Positions 1 through 7,605 of a DNA stretch of 64,000 nt are shown piece after piece (position 1 is the first letter of the stretch; the number at the start of each line of letters is the position of its first letter). The stretch comes from Hyphomicrobiales bacterium (lineage in GTDB: Bacteria > Pseudomonadota > Alphaproteobacteria > Rhizobiales > JAJFHC01), in NCBI GenBank assembly GCA_965198845.1, contig CBDAQD010000001.1, positions 20,733 through 84,732 on the forward strand. The letters run 5' to 3'. The position numbers and the translations under genes are program-made. Below the pieces are notes generated by a model. That model ran no database searches and was not told where the DNA came from. It worked only from the letters and a program-made list of their open reading frames with translations.

Positions 1-465
1 GACGCGTAAGCCAAACGCTCTGAGCGTGCCGCGGATATGGTTTTCCATGTCGATCAACTTGCGCTTCAACAGCCGGCGGTTGGCCAATAGCATGCGTAAG
101 CGCTGGCTCTCCGGGCTTTTCACGTGGACCGCGCGATACCATCCCATGCGCCTCATCTGGGCGATGCCTTGAGCATCGTTTCTGTCGGTCTTGTTGCGCT
201 GAGCCCCCATGGCCGCACGGGCGTGGCGGGCATCAACGACGATCGCCGGAAAGCCCGACTCGGCAAGCTCGTCATGCAGCCACGAGCCGAGAGACGAGGC
301 CTCCAGGCCGACGCGCTCGAGGTCGGCGTCATGATCGGCAAGCACACAGCTGATGGCTTGTGGATCGGTCGCGACCTTGGTTTCTCGCACCGTCTTGCTA
401 CTTTCATCGACGATACAGATATGGGTTTCTTCCAGCGATATATCGAGGCCGGCATACAGGTTCAT
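1..465 (-). CDS. IS110-family transposase, N-terminal 155 codons; the gene continues beyond the left edge
   Basis: Absent from the ORF track because it has no stop in the window. My translation from ATG 465 (AAGGAG 9 nt upstream) reads MNLYAGLDISLEETHICIVDESSKTVRETKVATDPQAIS...VVDARHARAAMGAQRNKTDRNDAQGIAQMRRMGWYRAVHVKSPESQRLRMLLANRRLL. This is the typical DEDD N-terminal domain of IS110/IS1111 transposases (GLD.S, KTD..DA). Confidence 0.85.
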   Translation of the reverse strand, partial: MNLYAGLDISLEETHICIVDESSKTVRETKVATDPQAISCVLADHDADLERVGLEASSLGSWLHDELAESGFPAIVVDARHARAAMGAQRNKTDRNDAQGIAQMRRMGWYRAVHVKSPESQRLRMLLANRRLLKRKLIDMENHIRGTLRAFGLRV

Positions 466-680
466 GAGCAGGATCTCCTTGTCCTCAAAGATTCAATCGA
501 ACGCTGAAGACTGCCGGCTTGATCGAGATTCGACACCATCAACAGTGCCCCAATCTCGACCTGACCCGATTACGAGAGCCCTCCGCTGCCTGAGACGTCT
601 TTCACGCGCCGATTCCTTCCGGGCACTGGATCGGCTTTGCTTGCGTTTCCGCAAAGGTAACCGCAGCCGCGTCGCCCGTC
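1..680 (-). mobile_element. IS110-family insertion sequence, partial; its inner (5') end lies somewhere between 466 and about 680
   Basis: Comprises the transposase gene plus its 5' non-coding leader. The traF frame loses family-like sequence after ...FGPVDRRLIMGRA (about 673-690) and continues as an Arg/Lys/Ser-rich tail, as expected for read-through into an inserted element. IS110 elements lack terminal inverted repeats, so the exact end cannot be read off. Confidence 0.45.
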
Positions 681-1146
681 CCATGATCAGCCGGCGATCG
701 ACGGGGCCGAAATAGCGCCCATCGAAGGAATACGGATGGTTCTGAAGCAGGAAGACTCGATCCTCTGACAAGATGTGGCAGCCTTGCCAGACAGGCATCG
801 GCCGCCCTGAACGATCGCTTGCCTGGGCTTCGGCAACGGTGTTTGCGTTGATCGAGATGCGTGTTGCTTCACGGCAGATTTCATCGCCCTCGACGCCCAT
901 GACGCGCTTGATCAGCGGAATTTCGGGTGGCAAATAGCCCCGTTCCCCAACAAGCGCGCGGACCCGCATCGGTATCTGAACGAGGACGAAGTCACCCCGT
1001 TTGATGGGCTGGTCGTCGAGCCAATACAGGCCCGGCGGCGCGCTCTCGGAAGCATTGTAGATCAGCTTTTTCGGTATGCCGACCGCCGACGCCAGCCCCA
1101 AAGCGATCACCGGTACAGCCGTTACAAGCAGGGTTGCGCCCTTCAT
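493..1146 (-). CDS. traF: TraF-like conjugative-transfer signal peptidase (S26 family); the 3' end is probably altered by the IS110 insertion
   Basis: 217-aa ORF with an N-terminal TM/signal segment (MKGATLLVTAVPVIALGLASAV) and S26 boxes (ASESAPPGLYW, LIKRVMGVEGDEI, SFDGRYFGPV). Its ATG overlaps the stop of the upstream DUF2840 gene (ATGA). Confidence 0.8.
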   Translation of the reverse strand: MKGATLLVTAVPVIALGLASAVGIPKKLIYNASESAPPGLYWLDDQPIKRGDFVLVQIPMRVRALVGERGYLPPEIPLIKRVMGVEGDEICREATRISINANTVAEAQASDRSGRPMPVWQGCHILSEDRVFLLQNHPYSFDGRYFGPVDRRLIMGRATRLRLPLRKRKQSRSSARKESARERRLRQRRALVIGSGRDWGTVDGVESRSSRQSSAFD

Positions 1147-1610
1147 GACGCGACCCGCCGCGCCGCCCTATAGGCGGCATGCTGAGATTGTGTATAGGGT
1201 CGGATCGGTCGCCTGGCCGCGATCCGATTATGGACGTGGCGGTAGTAGTCCGGCGACACGTCAGCGGGCTCGAAACCCGCCGCTTCGAGCACGTCGATCT
1301 GCAAAAGTGCGTGCTTGACCTTCGTGTTCCCGGTCGTGAGCAAAAGGACTGCCCCGCCTGGATGGACACCCTCTATGCGGCTCAGGATCAAGGAGGGCTC
1401 GGCAGTCTTGACGATGGTGAAGCGCCAATCCCGGGTGCCGTATTCGTTGGCCCGCCAGCGGACATACCCGAAGACCTGGCCCGGCCCGAACAGCGCGAGC
1501 GAGCGGCGGCGGTCGAGATCGTGCTGCCCGTCGGGTGTGCCGAAACGCAGCCAATGGTTCAGATATTCCGGGTAAAACACGATCTCGACCCACGTGAAAT
1601 ACTCAGACAT
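1143..1610 (-). CDS. DUF2840-like ICE backbone protein
   Basis: I place the start at MSEYFTWVEIVFYPEYLNHWLRFG (ATG 1610), which overlaps the stop of the upstream HTH gene by 8 nt. The sequence and its position between the excisionase and traF match the conserved DUF2840 gene of alphaproteobacterial ICEs. The longer track ORF (to 1712) would overlap the HTH gene. Confidence 0.7.
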   Translation of the reverse strand: MSEYFTWVEIVFYPEYLNHWLRFGTPDGQHDLDRRRSLALFGPGQVFGYVRWRANEYGTRDWRFTIVKTAEPSLILSRIEGVHPGGAVLLLTTGNTKVKHALLQIDVLEAAGFEPADVSPDYYRHVHNRIAARRPIRPYTQSQHAAYRAARRVAS

Positions 1611-1821
1611 CGGACGTCGAATCCTTCTTCCGCATGTCGGACCACGCCATGAGGTCGTCGATGTGGTAGCGGACATGACGCCCATGCTTGCGGTATTGCG
1701 GGCCGCCGCCATAGACGCGCATTTTCTCCAGTGTGTTCGGCTTGAGCTTCAAGAAGTGCGCCGCTTCTTTTGTCGTAAGAAAAGGCCCTTCGTGTACCGC
1801 TCGAGAATCAGTCATGGTCAT
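1603..1821 (-). CDS. Excisionase-family HTH protein (RdfS-like recombination directionality factor candidate)
   Basis: 72 aa. LTTKEAAHFLKLKPNTLEKMRVYGGGPQYRKHGRHVRYHIDDLMAW is a typical excisionase/MerR-type HTH_17 domain. It lies directly downstream of the FseA-like genes and upstream of traF, as rdfS does in ICEMlSymR7A. Confidence 0.75.
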   Translation of the reverse strand: MTMTDSRAVHEGPFLTTKEAAHFLKLKPNTLEKMRVYGGGPQYRKHGRHVRYHIDDLMAWSDMRKKDSTSDV

Positions 1822-1943
1822 AGCTCCTCCGGCTTCGGCGAATTTGCTCTATCGGAAAGAAGCGTGGGCCGGCGCAGCCTCTGACGGCAGCATCGTTCGA
1901 GGGGGTTCGCGAGAACGATACCCCTGCGTGGACATCGCAACGG

Positions 1944-2531
1944 TCATGTGAGCAGCGATCTGTATCCGCCCTCCATCATACGAAAGCCCCGTTTGACGCT
2001 GCGGATGGCGCGATTTTTCATGGTCTGGTCGGGGTTGTTCCAATCGCGCCGTACCGCCATTTCGCCATAAAGGAAGATGGCAACCTCCCGGTATGAGTGC
2101 CCTTCCTTGCGCCGGTCGAGCGCGGCCAAGGCGTCGCGATGGCGCATTGCCTCGACGGTCCAGCCATCGGTCGGGCGGCCGGGAGGCCTGTTGCGGCAGA
2201 GGTCGGCAAACCGCTTAATGAGCCTCTGACGGCTTTCCACATTTGGAAAACCGTCGACCACAACCTCCATTACGACCGTGTCGGCTCCAATGTCTTCGCC
2301 GATGCATCGGACCTGCGCGACCCGCGACTGGTCACGCAATAGCAGATGCTGGACGCCGTCGACGGTCTTCAAGATCGTCTTGCGGCAGTTGATTTGCCCG
2401 AGTGAGACGGTGCTGCCAAAGCCAGGGCGAAATCGGCTTCGGACATAGGCGGAAAGCACGCGTCGATAGTCCTCGACCCTCCAAAAGACATCCGCCTCGA
2501 AAGCTGTCTCATCAGGGTCGGCGAAAGCCAT
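1944..2531 (-). CDS. DUF2285-domain protein (Msi171-like, C-terminal part of an FseA-type activator)
   Basis: 195-aa ORF. It overlaps the upstream DUF6499-type ORF by 20 nt in the +1 frame. Its ICE backbone position and family-like sequence support the call. Confidence 0.75.
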   Translation of the reverse strand: MAFADPDETAFEADVFWRVEDYRRVLSAYVRSRFRPGFGSTVSLGQINCRKTILKTVDGVQHLLLRDQSRVAQVRCIGEDIGADTVVMEVVVDGFPNVESRQRLIKRFADLCRNRPPGRPTDGWTVEAMRHRDALAALDRRKEGHSYREVAIFLYGEMAVRRDWNNPDQTMKNRAIRSVKRGFRMMEGGYRSLLT

Positions 2532-2766
2532 AGAGGCCCCAGACTTCCGCGCGCGCGAAGCGACGCTGCGCCTGGAGCAGGACTAATTCGTCATTCGGAA
2601 GGACGGGTTGGGGCCGCCGTGGCGCTGAGTTGCGCCAGTCGCGTCTATAATCGGGGTGTCGCCTGAGATATTCCCAAGCGATCCGTGACCGGGTCAGAGA
2701 CCGCACATAGTCGTAATCGCTCAGTCGGGGCGCGCCAGAAACCGCAGGATCGGAAGACGCCGCCAT
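2512..2766 (-). CDS. DUF6499-type N-terminal activator domain protein (Msi172-like)
   Basis: 84 aa with the IAWEYLRRHPDYRRDW motif characteristic of the N-terminal domain that precedes DUF2285 in ICE activators. It stops at CCC TGA inside the start of the next ORF. Confidence 0.7.
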   Translation of the reverse strand: MAASSDPAVSGAPRLSDYDYVRSLTRSRIAWEYLRRHPDYRRDWRNSAPRRPQPVLPNDELVLLQAQRRFARAEVWGLYGFRRP

Positions 2767-2915
2767 TGTCCTTTCCTCTCTCGCAGGACGACAGCAGCCG
2801 ACGCAGTCAACGCCGTAAGCTCGATTCAGCCCCTCTGTTTATTCGCTTACCTTTGGTCCGCCAGTCGCGTCTAGCGCCGAGTTGTCGATCTGCGGCATAC
2901 AGTCTCAACCGATAC

Positions 2916-2928
2916 TGCAATTATTGCA
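2916..2928. promoter_or_regulatory. Perfect palindrome TGCAAT-T-ATTGCA in the AT-rich region upstream of the FseA-like genes; candidate operator
   Basis: Seen directly in the sequence. It lies in a roughly 130-bp AT-rich stretch (2880-3010) between the DUF736 terminator and the fseA-like start. Any function is inferred only. Confidence 0.2.
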
Positions 2929-2995
2929 CATAAGTATCAATGACTTGTCATAAAGTGTGAAGATTTTCATGGAAATTCATACTGAATACCTATTA

Positions 2996-3037
2996 ATAAA
3001 AAACACGAAAAGCCCCCGCGCCGGAGGGCGCGGGGGC
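2996..3037 (-). terminator. Rho-independent terminator of the DUF736 gene
   Basis: An 11-bp GC stem (GCCCCCGCGCC / GGCGCGGGGGC, 3012-3022 and 3027-3037) with a GGAG loop, followed on the minus strand by a U-rich tract (plus-strand A-run 2996-3011). It sits 13 nt after the stop codon. Confidence 0.8.
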
Positions 3038-3049
3038 CGGTGATGGCCG

Positions 3050-3379
3050 CTAGCCGAGCGGGTTCCAGAGAATTGCCATGACATCGGGATCGTCCTGTCC
3101 GGCGGCCCGGCCGAGATTGGCGTAGATCTTGGCAGGGCCGAACTCCGGGGCGGAGAAGGTCAGCGAGACATAGGGGTTGCCGCTCGCCTTGCCGACCCGG
3201 TTCCAGCCGCCGCCGATCTCCACGCGATCCTCGGTGTAGACCCTGAAGTCCGGCTGTGCGTCGGTCTCCTTCGCCGGGTTGGGCAGGATGCGGATGCGTT
3301 TCTTGAGGCTCATCGTCGCGAGCGTGCCTTCGTATCCGCCGGTCTCGTTCTTCGTCACATATCCGAGTGCCTGTGCCAT
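3050..3379 (-). CDS. DUF736-domain protein (ICE backbone)
   Basis: Start at MAQALGYVTKNETGGYEGTLATMSLKKRIRILPNP (ATG 3379, AGGAGA upstream). 109 aa with the typical DUF736 pattern. The upstream 82 codons of the track ORF are Arg/Pro-rich junk. Confidence 0.85.
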   Translation of the reverse strand: MAQALGYVTKNETGGYEGTLATMSLKKRIRILPNPAKETDAQPDFRVYTEDRVEIGGGWNRVGKASGNPYVSLTFSAPEFGPAKIYANLGRAAGQDDPDVMAILWNPLG

Positions 3380-4084
3380 ATCATCGTCTCCTGTTGGCTT
3401 TAGCGGGCGCCCATCGCCCTGCTGATGCGGGACCGTCCATGGCGGGCGGGGGTCGCATGCACCGAGAGGCCGAAGCGAAGCGAAGGACCGGCGGGCGCAC
3501 TTTTTTGTTCCGCGAGGAAGCCGCGTAGCGGCGGGGAAAAAAGTGCAAAACGCCGGTTTCATGCGGCCGCTGTCCGCCATAGGTCCATCGAGCAGAAGCA
3601 GGCGAATGGGCGTCTCGGCTGCCATCGATCAGGAGACGCGATGGCACAGACGGCGCCGATGTTCGTGACGCAAGATGGCCGGTGAGGGGTCTCGCGCCCG
3701 ACGGCCTGGGGGCGTCAGCGCAGCCGCGTGCATGCCTGACTGTATAGAAGAAGAAACGAACGCCTGATGAGATAAGCGGTCCGCAAAGGGAGCGCGGAAC
3801 CGGACGGCACGAACCTATCGGCAAGCACCGGCACGATACCTCAGTGTCGGTGACCTTCTCCGCTCCCGAAGGTTACCGCGTGAACGGAACCGTCGCATCC
3901 GAAGGGATGCCGGACAGGACGATTCCGATGGCTTGGCGGTTCACCAAATCCCGCCTGAAAGTGCGTGACAATACCCCGTGCCATCCGGTTGTGGGTGGAC
4001 TTGCTGACAGCGATTGAGCGGCGGAAAGCGTTCGCGGCCCTCCCGTTCGGGTGAGACGGCCGCTCCCGCCGTCCGTCACCGGTT

Positions 4085-5806
4085 TCAGGAAACGAGCGAT
4101 TTGACACGGGATGTGTTGTCGCTCAGCCGTCCACCGCCATTCTTGGTGTAGGTTTTGAATGGAAACTCCATGTAGCGCGGTAGCCAGTCCTCGGCTTTCT
4201 TCCGGCTGTCGCCGGTGATGCAGTCGCGGATGATCTTCTTCTGGACCTTCGTCGTTGCCGTGACATTAGCGTCGGCGACGGCTTTGCCGCCGATATGGCG
4301 CAGCATGGCGTTGACCGCTCCCTTGTCACGGAGAAGGTCGAAGAAGGCGTCGTCCGCCTCCCAATAGTCGCGCATATCGACCTTGAGGCGGGTTCCCAGC
4401 GCTTCGACCACGGCGGTCCCGGACTCCAAGGTCTCGGCCATGACGATGGCCAGAACCCGAAACACGTCGTCGTCGGAGAGCTTCAAGAGCGCCCCAAATA
4501 GCTCGAGTACGCGATAATCATCGCCGTTCGAGTGCACGACGGAATGGCCGTGGGCGGGCAGTCCGAGAAGCTTCAAGACGTCCTCACGTTCCTCGGCCAG
4601 CGCCGTCTCGGCCTTCGATTGGGCGACGCTTTCCGCCGTCTTATCCTTGCGCGTCGTCTGCGGATCGGCCTCGGTGCGCCACAGCGCCGAGCCACCGATA
4701 GCGTGGGCCACCATCAGCCGGAGGGCAACGCCCGTATGCCTCAGCATTGCATGTCGCACGGCGGCGTGACGATGCAGTTCGATGTAGTTCTGCGCCGGGT
4801 TGGTCAGTTCGGGACGGATAGGTTTTCCGTCGGTGGCCGGATCGTCCTTCGACGCCTTGGCGCGGCGCTTGGCTTTCGCTTCCTTAGTCGTCAACCAACC
4901 CTCATGGGCCTCGACCTCGCCGCCGTGGGACACGGTGATATAGACGCGCCCGCCATCCTTTTTGAGCGTCTTTTCATGATCCCATGAATGAAAGCGCAAG
5001 CCGGGTTCGAGGATGTCGACCTCGGTCCAGCCGTTTTCCATGAGGGCATCGCGTTTGGCGGCAATGGCCGCATTCTGCAAGGTCCAGAACTGGTCTGTGT
5101 CCGCGAAATAGCCTTTCTCCCCAAACAGGTCCGTGACGGTCTGGCCCTTGTAGGCATCGAGCGGGAACAGCGCGACCTCGGTCGAAATCTGCTGACCGCC
5201 GAACAGCCATTGCTTCAACTGACAGCCGAGCGGCGCGTATTCGTCCGGGTCGCTGAACAGCTTGAGCCAGTCGCGCTGCTGGCGCTTGGTGGCCATGGTC
5301 AGATGGCGAACGGTCCGGGCGTCGATGTCCTCGTTGCGGTATGCCTTCCTGATCTTGGGCAGAAGCTCGCCCAAGGCGAGGCGGCGCTTCACCATCAACT
5401 CGGTGATGCCGAAGGTCGCGGCGATGTCGGCGACCGACGTCCCGGCCTTTCGCAGGCGCACGAAGGTCTCGTATTGCGTCATCTCGTCGGGGTCGAGCCG
5501 GGCAAGGTTTTCGATGAGCGACGCTTCGAGTGCCGCCGCGTCGTCGCCCGGCTCCATGATGGCGCAGGGCAGCGGCTCGACCGCGCCGCCATTGTCAACA
5601 ATAGACTTGGCCGCGAAGTAACGCCGCCGCCCGGCCACGATCTCGAAGCTCTCGCCATCGCCCTTGGGCCGCACCAAGAGCGGCACGAGGACGCCGCGCG
5701 CCTTCACGCTGGGAAGGATGTCGGAGACATCAGGCGCGGCTTTGGCATGGCGCATGTTGATGGCGGCGTCCTTCAGCTTGCCGAGTTCAATATGTTGGAG
5801 TAGCAT
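4085..5806 (-). CDS. ParB/Srx N-terminal-domain protein (large ICE ParB-like nuclease-domain protein)
   Basis: Start at MLLQHIELGKLKDAAINMRH (ATG 5806, AGGAG upstream). ParB box FEIVAGRRRYFAAK. 573 aa. The first 83 codons of the track ORF are rejected. Confidence 0.85.
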   Translation of the reverse strand: MLLQHIELGKLKDAAINMRHAKAAPDVSDILPSVKARGVLVPLLVRPKGDGESFEIVAGRRRYFAAKSIVDNGGAVEPLPCAIMEPGDDAAALEASLIENLARLDPDEMTQYETFVRLRKAGTSVADIAATFGITELMVKRRLALGELLPKIRKAYRNEDIDARTVRHLTMATKRQQRDWLKLFSDPDEYAPLGCQLKQWLFGGQQISTEVALFPLDAYKGQTVTDLFGEKGYFADTDQFWTLQNAAIAAKRDALMENGWTEVDILEPGLRFHSWDHEKTLKKDGGRVYITVSHGGEVEAHEGWLTTKEAKAKRRAKASKDDPATDGKPIRPELTNPAQNYIELHRHAAVRHAMLRHTGVALRLMVAHAIGGSALWRTEADPQTTRKDKTAESVAQSKAETALAEEREDVLKLLGLPAHGHSVVHSNGDDYRVLELFGALLKLSDDDVFRVLAIVMAETLESGTAVVEALGTRLKVDMRDYWEADDAFFDLLRDKGAVNAMLRHIGGKAVADANVTATTKVQKKIIRDCITGDSRKKAEDWLPRYMEFPFKTYTKNGGGRLSDNTSRVKSLVS

Positions 5807-6107
5807 GGGTTTGCTCCTGGGGTTGGGCTCCGGGTCCGCCGGAGCGATGAAGCGCCCAATCCGGGCGCGAAACTCTGGCCGTGCACACACAGTCCTCGCT
5901 TTCCCTGCCGATCTTGAGCATTGTCGGATCGGACAGAGCGAGCACGCCCTGGCGTTCGGCCTGATCGAAGAGCGTGGCGTATGGCTCGCGATCGATATGG
6001 AAGAGACGCATGTCCGGGCAGTGGCCCTTGAGCGTGCAGCCGGAGGTGCGCCCACCCGAAAACGAGACGACGGCGGGACCGTCGAGGCGGTATGGATAGC
6101 GGCTCAT
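5787..6107 (-). pseudogene. Short PP-loop (PAPS reductase-like) ORF, probably an internally deleted remnant
   Basis: MSRYPYRLDGPAVVSFSGGRTSG carries the SGGxxS PP-loop of PAPS-reductase-family proteins that pair with ParB-like genes. The ORF is only 106 aa, jumps straight to a Cys-containing tail (GCTLKGHC...EDCVC), and then runs into the parB-like start. Confidence 0.4.
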
Positions 6108-6217
6108 GGCTTCGCTCCCGCCCACGTTCCGGTGTCCTGAAAGGCGAGGATGAAGTCGGCTGCCTTCGAGGCTTGGCTCGCCGCGCGGAAGATGGCGCGA
6201 TTGTCCTCTCTCAGGAC
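6104..6217 (-). pseudogene. ardC: ardC fragment 3 of 3 (C-terminal 37 codons plus stop)
   Basis: My translation is VLREDNRAIFRAASQASKAADFILAFQDTGTWAGAKP*. It continues the ArdC C-terminus in frame from fragment 2. Its stop overlaps the ATG of the PP-loop ORF (ATGA). Confidence 0.8.
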
Positions 6218-6255
6218 TTCGATTTATCGCGAGGTGAAGATTATGCGGAGGAAGT
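6218..6255. repeat. RIT-1 left terminal inverted repeat (38 bp)
   Basis: ttcgatttatcgcgaggtgaagattatgcggaggaagt is the exact reverse complement of 10026-10063. It contains two direct sub-repeats, TTATCGCGAGG and TTATGCGGAGG. Confidence 0.9.
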
Positions 6256-6366
6256 TTTCATTGGCGCCGTTTTTTCAATGACTTGGACGGCGTTTCAGCC
6301 TCTCATACTGCGCATTATTTGAGATCGGTGGTTCCCTTGGTTGATCAACAAACCAAGGAGAACCAG

Positions 6367-7605
6367 ATGTCATCCTCGACCCCGGAAGCCATTATGAAGC
6401 TTCGCGAGACGCTGCGCACCAGGCGCTATAGTCCGACCGTTATTCACAATTACTGCCTTTATGCAGGTCAGTTTCTGTCCTGGCTGCAAGCGCGAGAAAT
6501 CGAGCTGTGCGAAGTCACACTGGACCTTGTGGCGCGCTATCTGGGCCACGCGGTGCGGCAATTTGAGAAGGATCGCGGGCGTTTGCCTGCTCCCAAATGG
6601 ACGGGGGTCCCGCGCTCGGGCATCCATGCGTTGCTACGCTCAGCTTTGGTCGATTGGCCGCCGGTGCCGCCCGCCGCAAGCGTGGCTGAACAGGTTTGTC
6701 GGGATATATGCTGTGTTTACGAGGACTGGCTGCGTGCTGAACGTGGTCTCGCGGAGCCTTCGATCAAGGCATTGATGTGGGAAGCACGTCACTTCTGTAA
6801 ATGGTATCTTCAGCAATACGAGCACGCGGACTTCGCCGCCCTGAACGTGTGCGACACCGATGCTTATATGGACGGCAGAGCTCCGGGGCTAACCCGCAAG
6901 TCGCTCAAGGATGTGGCCGAACGGCTGCGTGGATTCCTTCGGCATCTGCACCGTAGTGGCCTGCATGAAGACGATCTTTCGGGGCACGTGATTGCCCCGC
7001 TTCTCTACGCCTATGAAGGCATTCCCTCGATCCTGACCACTGAACAGATCGACGCTGTATTGGGCACGGCGGCGCAGGACAAGTCTTCGCTTGGCTTGCG
7101 CGATCATGCGATCCTTCAGCTTCTGGCCAATTACGGCCTTCGGTCTGGCGAGGTTGGGCGTTTGCAAATCGAAGATATCGATTGGCGCTCCGACACTTTG
7201 CGGGTCCACCGGTCCAAATCCCACACTGCGGCCGCGTTGCCCCTCGTGGAACCCGCCGGAGAAGCGATCTTGCGGTATTTGCGCGATGGCCGCCCGGAGA
7301 CGGATGCAAGGACCGTCTTTCTGAGAAGCCGGGCGCCATATCAGGCCATGAAAGCGGGCGGGCTTTATGGCGTTGTCAAACGCCGCCTCGAAAATGCCGG
7401 GATAGAACCGACCGGCAAGCGTGGACCACATATCTTCCGTCATGCTCGTGCCGTCAGCCTGCTGCGGGCGTCCACACCGCGCAAGATCATCGGAGATGTG
7501 CTCGGACACCGGTCGCCAGACTCGACCGTGCCCTATCTGAAGCTTGCGACAGAGGATTTGCGAGCCATTGCCATCGACCTTCCGGGGCGGGAGGTCAAAC
7601 CATGA
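6367..7605 (+). CDS. Tyrosine recombinase RitA (RIT-1)
   Basis: Start MSSSTPEAIMKLRETL with AAGGAG 6 nt upstream. Catalytic region GLRSGEV...HIFRHARAVSLL...LGHRSPDSTVPYLKL (R, HxxR, H, Y). Confidence 0.85.
   Translation: MSSSTPEAIMKLRETLRTRRYSPTVIHNYCLYAGQFLSWLQAREIELCEVTLDLVARYLGHAVRQFEKDRGRLPAPKWTGVPRSGIHALLRSALVDWPPVPPAASVAEQVCRDICCVYEDWLRAERGLAEPSIKALMWEARHFCKWYLQQYEHADFAALNVCDTDAYMDGRAPGLTRKSLKDVAERLRGFLRHLHRSGLHEDDLSGHVIAPLLYAYEGIPSILTTEQIDAVLGTAAQDKSSLGLRDHAILQLLANYGLRSGEVGRLQIEDIDWRSDTLRVHRSKSHTAAALPLVEPAGEAILRYLRDGRPETDARTVFLRSRAPYQAMKAGGLYGVVKRRLENAGIEPTGKRGPHIFRHARAVSLLRASTPRKIIGDVLGHRSPDSTVPYLKLATEDLRAIAIDLPGREVKP

Noticed and set aside
5807-6055. 83-codon N-terminal extension of the ParB-like ORF
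   Set aside because: The extension is Arg/Ser/Ala-rich junk that overlaps the PP-loop ORF. ATG 5806 has an AGGAG RBS, and the ParB domain starts right there.
7182-7601. Upstream 140 codons of the 594-aa ORF containing ritB (RIT-1)
   Set aside because: This stretch lies inside ritA in another frame. ATG 7602 overlaps the ritA stop, as at the other five trio junctions.
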